Of a stretch of DNA of 64,000 bases, positions 57,930-64,000 are shown piece after piece. The stretch is from Botryllus schlosseri. Lineage: Eukaryota. The stretch lies in NCBI GenBank assembly GCA_051294905.1, contig CM119381.1:14632001-14696000 (forward strand). The letters run 5' to 3'. The notes beneath the pieces are model-generated. The model did no database searches. It was not told the origin of the DNA and saw nothing but the letters and a program-made list of their open reading frames with translations. The position numbers and the translations under genes were made by a program. Position 1 is the stretch's first letter. Every line of letters begins with the position of its first letter.

Positions 57930-58760
57930 TGGCTTACCCGACTTCAATCTGCTCTCTCTGCGTAATTATCATATTGTAGGGTTACCATATTTTGAGATCC
58001 GAAAAAGAGGACACTTTTGAAAAATTCTGAAAACTCCAGCAACAGAAAAAAACTGGTGATTTTGAGAAGCTTTTTGCGATAATTTGTGGTGTTGCCTCAA
58101 AAAAGGTCATCACTTTGACTAAGTCCCGTTTTGTTCGCTGTATAGGGGTCGAGTATTTTTTAACGAATTTTCATATAAGAGAGGGCATTTAGGCGTCATT
58201 CAGGGACACTTTCAATTTAGTGAAAAAAAGAGGACAAATCCTCTTAAAAGGGAGCGTATGGTAACCCTATCATATTGAAGACGTGAAAACTTTCAAATAC
58301 CTTATGGGCGTATCGTTCACTATAATGAAACGAATGTGGGGATATCCGAAATCAACAATAGGATCAGGTCGGCTCGTCCAGCTTTCCAAGCTTATAAATA
58401 GGCTACCTGGCTTCGAAACTTCATAATTTGGTTTGGTACAAGAATAAAATTTTTGAATGCCTTTGTGAGTAGTCGACTCACATATGGTGGCTGCAGCGTA
58501 ATCAAAATCAAAGAAATGACCTGGATGTCTGCTACAGACAATTTTAGCAAAAAATGGTACATGGAGGCTACAGTCAAAAAGGAACCGACCACGCCTTCAA
58601 AATTAGTAAACAGAATCTTCATAAAATCTGTTGCTCTGCAGAACTCTCATCATTCATTGATCACCAACAAGCTAAATTTCTTGCACACATAATTCGAAAA
58701 CCTAATGACAGTGCCGTGAAGTCAATAACCTTGAAGATGGAAGGAAAACAAAAAAGGAAG
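57930..58760 (+). pseudogene. Degenerate RTE-like non-LTR retrotransposon fragment (RT C-terminal region)
   Basis: LSLRNYHIEDVKTFKYL, EINNRIRSARPAF, TRIKFLNAFVSSRLTYG, KFLAHIIRKPNDSAVK...GKQKRK follow the RTE pattern (LEVVxxFKYLG...EIxxRIxxARxAF...TKxxxxxAxVxSxLxYG...GHIxR). Contains stops and frameshifts. Confidence 0.65.
57977..58269. mobile_element. hAT-type MITE, 293 bp, inserted in the LINE fragment
   Basis: TIRs tagggttaccata / tatggtaacccta; perfect TSD tcatattg. Confidence 0.92.
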
Positions 58761-59474
58761 ACCCTCTGCACAGTGGCGTAGCAGCCACTTGGCGCTTACG
58801 GCTTTACGCCGCGGGAGGCAGGCTGCAAGGGAGCGGCAAAATGCGAGGTGATGACCTTTTTTAGTCGACACTACAGAAGTACTAAGGAACAAGATCAACG
58901 AAATTTCATTTTATTTCCAAGTTTTTACGAATTCAGTAAATCTGTGGAGCTCTAATTCTAATATAATTTGAAAAAAAATGTGTAGTTCTAGTTCCAATTT
59001 AATTTAGAAAAGCTGAAAATTTTCTAGTCCTAGTCTTCACGGAATCTTCTGAAACTTTTATAGAAGCTTATTTCTCCGACGCCAACCTAAATCGACGGAC
59101 CACTGATAGCACTATCTTATATGCTTAATTATTATTTATTACCTGATTAACGTATATCCTCAAGCATTAACCCCATACGTTTGCAAAAGGTTTAATTTTC
59201 AGTAGGCTTCAAGGTCACGCTCAGAATACAACCCATTATCAAAAAATTTACCCCCGCCACACCGCAAGCAAACAAACACACATATTTGCTCACGAAAATA
59301 TTCCAGCATACGAAAGTATGTCACGTTTCGAACCAAGAGATTAGATAAATCTCCCAAAAACCCTTTCAAGTCGGATTCGATAAAATGGTCAATGCCCTCC
59401 CGAAGATGCAGCACATTACCAGTCGATAGCATCTCCGTTTTAACTGTGTCACATCATCTCGTGGACACTTTCGA

Positions 59475-62400
59475 TCATTTTGAATTCAGTTTCACGAGGC
59501 CTTTGAGAACCTTACACATTTGCAGAATGGCGCCGTCCTTCGGAATATAATGTGGACCGAGATCGCTGTAATACACATACGGGAAGCGCAACACCCATAC
59601 CGAATCATTGGAAAGCAGTATATCAGGCACACCCGTTGTGAAAGTGGGGGTAGGCGATGGCCCTGGGACTACCTGTGGGTTGATAACAACTTCAATTGAC
59701 GGTTCAGGAGGGATTACAACGTATACCCGCATCAGCTGACCAATGAGCGTCTTGCCACCTCGGCCCGATGCTGGGCTGGGTGAGTAGAGAGGCATATCGT
59801 TCTCCAGCAGTTTATGACAAGATTCCTTCACCAACCCACTGCTTGTTACTTTGACGGGCTTATCCGGAGCGGAACATATAAATCTCTGACCACGCAACGT
59901 CTCGTATTCATAACCTATAAAAGCCCTGGCGGTGCTGTCGTCTTTGTTTCTTCGTCCGAGCAGCGTCTTTTGCTCTTTTATTTGCGGTATGATCTTTTTA
60001 CCCATACCAGGTGGTGCCTCGCCCGGAGACGGCCATTGTTGCATATCCTCACGCGGCTTGTCCACAACTATGTCCCAAGGGATAAGAAAATTCGTACCGG
60101 GTAGGAATCCAGGCGATTCCAAACCTCGCATGGCAGAATAGGTCGAATAAGACCCCACTCTCGCCAAACTCCACGAAGGGTACAACGGCAGAGCGCCTTT
60201 TTTACAGTTACTATGAATCATACCGTCAACATAATTGACTTTCTCTTCTTTGATGTGAGCAAAATTACGAGTTATTGGGTCCGCCGTGGATTCTCTCTGG
60301 CTATCGTGATCCACTGGACTCTGCATGCGGCCGCTGCCTTCCGACTGACCGCCGAAACTGAACGCGAAATTCAAGCTCGTGGCAACATGACTCTTGATCG
60401 GCTCTTTGATCGTAATCTTCTTCAAGTCCGAGTTGGCGGCTTCAACAAAGTCACGTTTTGGGGATTTCATTGGGGACGTGACAGAGGCAACATTAGGTTT
60501 GCCTTGGGATATCTCCTGACTGCTCACATCGGCATTGTCCTTTCCATCATAACTGTCCTGAGTCGAGACGGCGTTATCAAACTCTTCAGCAGTTGCTTCA
60601 GCAACGTTTTCAGAATGCTCCAAGGAACGTGCTTTCTCAGGCGCTTTCCTACCCTCTTTCGCGTTGCATTCGTAATCCTGAGTCGGTATGCTGCTAGATT
60701 GAATCAAACCCGAATAGGTGACTCGATAGTCTTGCTGATCGGTACCGATGACCTGCGACGAGAAGGACGCAGTCCCATCCGTGTTGTAACACACGTCGAC
60801 ATTCCCTTGAGATTCTTCACCTGGGTGATACACCGGGAAAGGATAAACCTCCAACGGCTGAATATGGGCTTTTTTGTCCAATTGCACGTAAAATTCGTAG
60901 TTTCCTTCTTTCAAGTCGAAGGGATCGTCCCTCATTCCCTGTGTGGTTCCGCAGCTACTGGTGGCCGTGGAACGGGACCTCGATGAATGGTGAAGAATTG
61001 GAGGGTCCGCATCGGGGTCTTGCACTTCGTTAAGCGCGGCCAGGATGTGGTAGCGATGAACGCAGTGCCTATCCGTGAGCGACCGAACCTCGCACAGCTG
61101 TCTGCCGTTCTGCCAAAATGCGACGCATTCCGACTTCAGTTGGTCGCGGTATTTCTCGATAGCCGGTCCGCGCGCATGTTGATTAAATGTATGCAACGCC
61201 TGAAGTAAAAATTTGGTGCATCGATTTTGGTGAAACTAAACAACACAATACAAACACTTACCTGCGCTAATTGATTATTGTGCACTTTGCTAGTGTAATG
61301 AGGTGGCAGGCTGCTTTGATACACAGCAACAGCCATCGGCAGGACTTTGCCGCACCTGCGCATTGAACGGGAAGCATTTTGATGACAATCTCACGCAAAA
61401 TACATGCACTGCAGCTTGCAAAATCATACCTTGCTTCGCTGAACTTGGTTTCGATGTCAATTTTCGAGGTCAGCTGTTGTCGCATATTCGCGACTTTGGA
61501 AAACAGGTCCAAAACAGTCTTGCCATTTTCTGTGCCTTTCTTCACGGCGCCAGCGCCCTCAAATTCAGGTCCTAGTGAATTTGAATCGGTGAGCAACAGG
61601 TTGTACAGACCATTCGCGACCTGAGATAATACAATTAATCAGATGATGATTATGGTGATCATGTGAGAGATCCATTACCTTCAACCACGTTTTTAACGTT
61701 GGCAATTCAAAATGGGAGGGTAGCGGGTTTCGCCCTATGCTGTCATTGAAACCTTTCTTCTCCAGAACGAGCGCTGTGTGTTCGTACAGGAAGGATTTCA
61801 GACTCCCTTCACTACGTAAAAGATAATACCTCATATCGTAGATGCCAACAATGAGTGAGTGACAAACAAAGTTACGGATAATCTTCAGAAATTTCATCTT
61901 CATCCATTGCGTAGTCTTCTTGCCAATGGGTTGGTGTGTTCAATAGGAGCTGTTTCGCTCTCGAAGTAGAATGGGGATCTCGATGCCTCTTGAAAGATGC
62001 TCGAAGAAGCTGGAACATGTCGGCGGTGGAATTGTTTGACTGTGAATAGATCAAATCAAATGAAAATCACTGTGTTAAAAAAGACAAATTTAATCAAATG
62101 AAACTACTTGACGAGTTTCTTCATGGTCCGCCATAATATGCACAAACGCTTGGTTCGGTGGTACACTGAATAAGCAATTCACGGCATTATTTGTGAGGAC
62201 CCGGCTATTGCGTAAAATCCTGTATACCTGCCAAGTTTTGCAAGTGAACATAACTTGATACAGTTCAAGCAATACATTCAAACCCACTTGATCTTCGATG
62301 GTATGTTGCAATCTTTTCACAGGACTTTTCTTCTTTTTGGACACAATTCCTGGCTCGCTGCTATTTTTGGTATCACCATCAACCTGTTGTAAAGCGACAT

Positions 62401-64000
62401 AAGCAGAGTACTTTAAGAATACCGCCTTGCTGATCAAAGTTAAAAGGTCATACTTTCAAAGTACCATACTTATAACTTGGGCGATTTTTTACATAAAAAA
62501 GGGAATATTTTGACCTAAGAAATCAAAACTTGGGACTTTTTAGACCTTAAAAACTCAATTTTGCCCAAATTTTGACGACATGTATGTAAATTAGGTGTTT
62601 CCCTGCATGTTAGAATTGTAGGCTACTACTTATCTTTATTTCTGGCTGAAACTGTCTGTCCTTACGAAATAGTTTAACCTGAAAAAACTTATTGGACTTG
62701 AAAACAGACTAATTTTCATATGAAAAATCTTTATTTCAACGGAATCTGGACCTTTGAAGAATTCCAGTAGTCCTTACTAACTAGCTTGCCAAGAATAGAC
62801 TAAGAACGTTCAACAGCAGCAGTTGTTGGCTGGCAACACTAAAGTTGTGAGTACACTAATGGTGACACAGCGTGTTACTTCATTCTGACAATGTTGTCTA
62901 TATCTCAATTGTTCATCACGCACTTCTTGATACAAGAACCAATGCCCACGCAGTCTTGCTTCAGTTAGGATATTGTGGCACGTTCAGCATAACGCCACAT
63001 CAACCTATTTGTTTCATTTGGCCATTTATGATCCACAATGAGCAGATAATGGGCGGCCTACAACGGTAGGCCTATAAAGTAGGCTAAGAGCAGTCAAATG
63101 ACAAGTTCTCTGACAGTGCAAACATTTATGACACAAACGAAATGTAGGTGGCAAAAAAATTTTGACTTTGTAAACAATTTTTTGACCTGAAGTGTGTCAA
63201 AAAAAAGCCGTTCTTATAGCATACCTGTTTGTGAGCGAGCGAATGCAGATGACATCTCTGAAAGACCAAAAGCAAGCGGGGTGGGCAAGGCCGAGCATTT
63301 ACCCACCAATCCCTACCGACGCCGCAATCCTTCAAAACATCCTTAATTACAGGCACCAATTTTTGACGAAGCGATGCAACTCTTTGAAACAGCCTGCAAA
63401 ATAAACATCATGCAATTCTGAATTGCCAGCAACAGCAATATTGCTATTGTACCTGTCGTAGCTGATGTCAAATTGACTAACTGGATGGGTGAGTATTAGG
63501 AGATGACAGACGGAGAATAGATATACTAAACCAAAGATGTGGCCAACCTGTAACGCAGAGCCAAAATGAGCACAGATTATCATACTTTTGCTAATACGGA
63601 TGCTAACTCCAACCAACTTTACTAACCTCGTGGCTCTTTACCAATGCATGCGATTCACTGCATGAGAATTTTTTTTCAGAGATTGCCGAAACAACTTCGT
63701 GAAGTCTGGTCGCATTGTAGATTGAAGTTAGTTGAAGATATAATATGTGATTCTCTTCATCCAAGTATCCCTCTATCTTCGGCCTTAAGGAATATTTGAG
63801 TATGATGATGGATGGCATACAATTATCATGCATATAAAATACACAGTATGTACTCATACGAACATGTATTCGAACAAAGAATTTTCTCTGTTTTCATCCT
63901 TTTTGACAGGTTTGCTCTTGTTTCCGTCAAGTGGCTGGTCGTAAGACTTGAGCAGGTTTTCAATAACAAAACTTCGATTTGATTCCCTCCATGCAGTTTT
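59475..64000 (-). CDS. SMG8: Nonsense-mediated decay factor SMG8, multi-exon, 5' end outside the window
   Basis: Last exon (61199-59475): SPGFLPGTNFLIPWDI, RAFIGYEYETLRGQRFICSAPDK, DMPLY, QLMRVYVV, VWVLRFPYVY. Upstream exons include KTAWRESN, IEGYLDEENHILYLQLTSI and ELPTLKTWL; short introns, e.g. 61200-61261. Confidence 0.93.
62477..63212 (-). mobile_element. Third copy (reverse orientation) of the hAT derivative, in an SMG8 intron
   Basis: Degenerate TIRs ttgggcgatttttt / aaaaaaagccgtt; TSD cttataac/cttatagc; internal sequence is the reverse complement of 53251-54126. Confidence 0.85.

Noticed and set aside
59199-59432. 77-aa minus ORF just after the SMG8 stop (possible next operon gene)
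   Set aside because: Short, no recognisable family and no supporting splice or poly(A) pattern; cannot be distinguished from 3' UTR.
60213-60986. 257-aa plus-strand ORF
   Set aside because: Antisense shadow of the large SMG8 exon; no domain signature.

Overview
Eukaryotic genomic DNA with short GT-AG introns, many hAT-type MITEs and no prokaryotic hallmarks. It is probably an ascidian tunicate, inferred from ~55-65 nt introns, tight same-strand gene packing and an H1-derived basic protein. (1) 1-21076: right-hand end of a minus-strand 5S rDNA array with 47 complete genes and one truncated terminal copy. Four unit classes (A 466, B 466, C 468, D 363 bp) are arranged in a 17-unit, 7516-bp higher-order repeat. 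A single coding variant (U26/C26) is perfectly linked to the 5'-flank class. (2) 23.2-36.8 kb: four minus-strand genes: an uncharacterised 147-aa mitochondrial-type protein, intronless CCDC142, a five-exon ZSWIM7/SWS1 that is absent from the ORF track, and SNX19. The ZSWIM7 stop codon lies among the SNX19 start codons, which suggests a zero-spacer operon. (3) 38.5-46.7 kb: INTS7 on the plus strand, divergent from that cluster. (4) 47-59 kb: repeat-rich interval (hAT MITEs with 8-bp TSDs, a tRNA-derived SINE, an RTE-like LINE fragment) holding an intronless histone H1/protamine-like gene with a mixed Lys/Arg tail. (5) 59.5-64 kb: SMG8 on the minus strand, with its 5' end beyond the window. All gene identifications come from recalled family motifs, not database searches.
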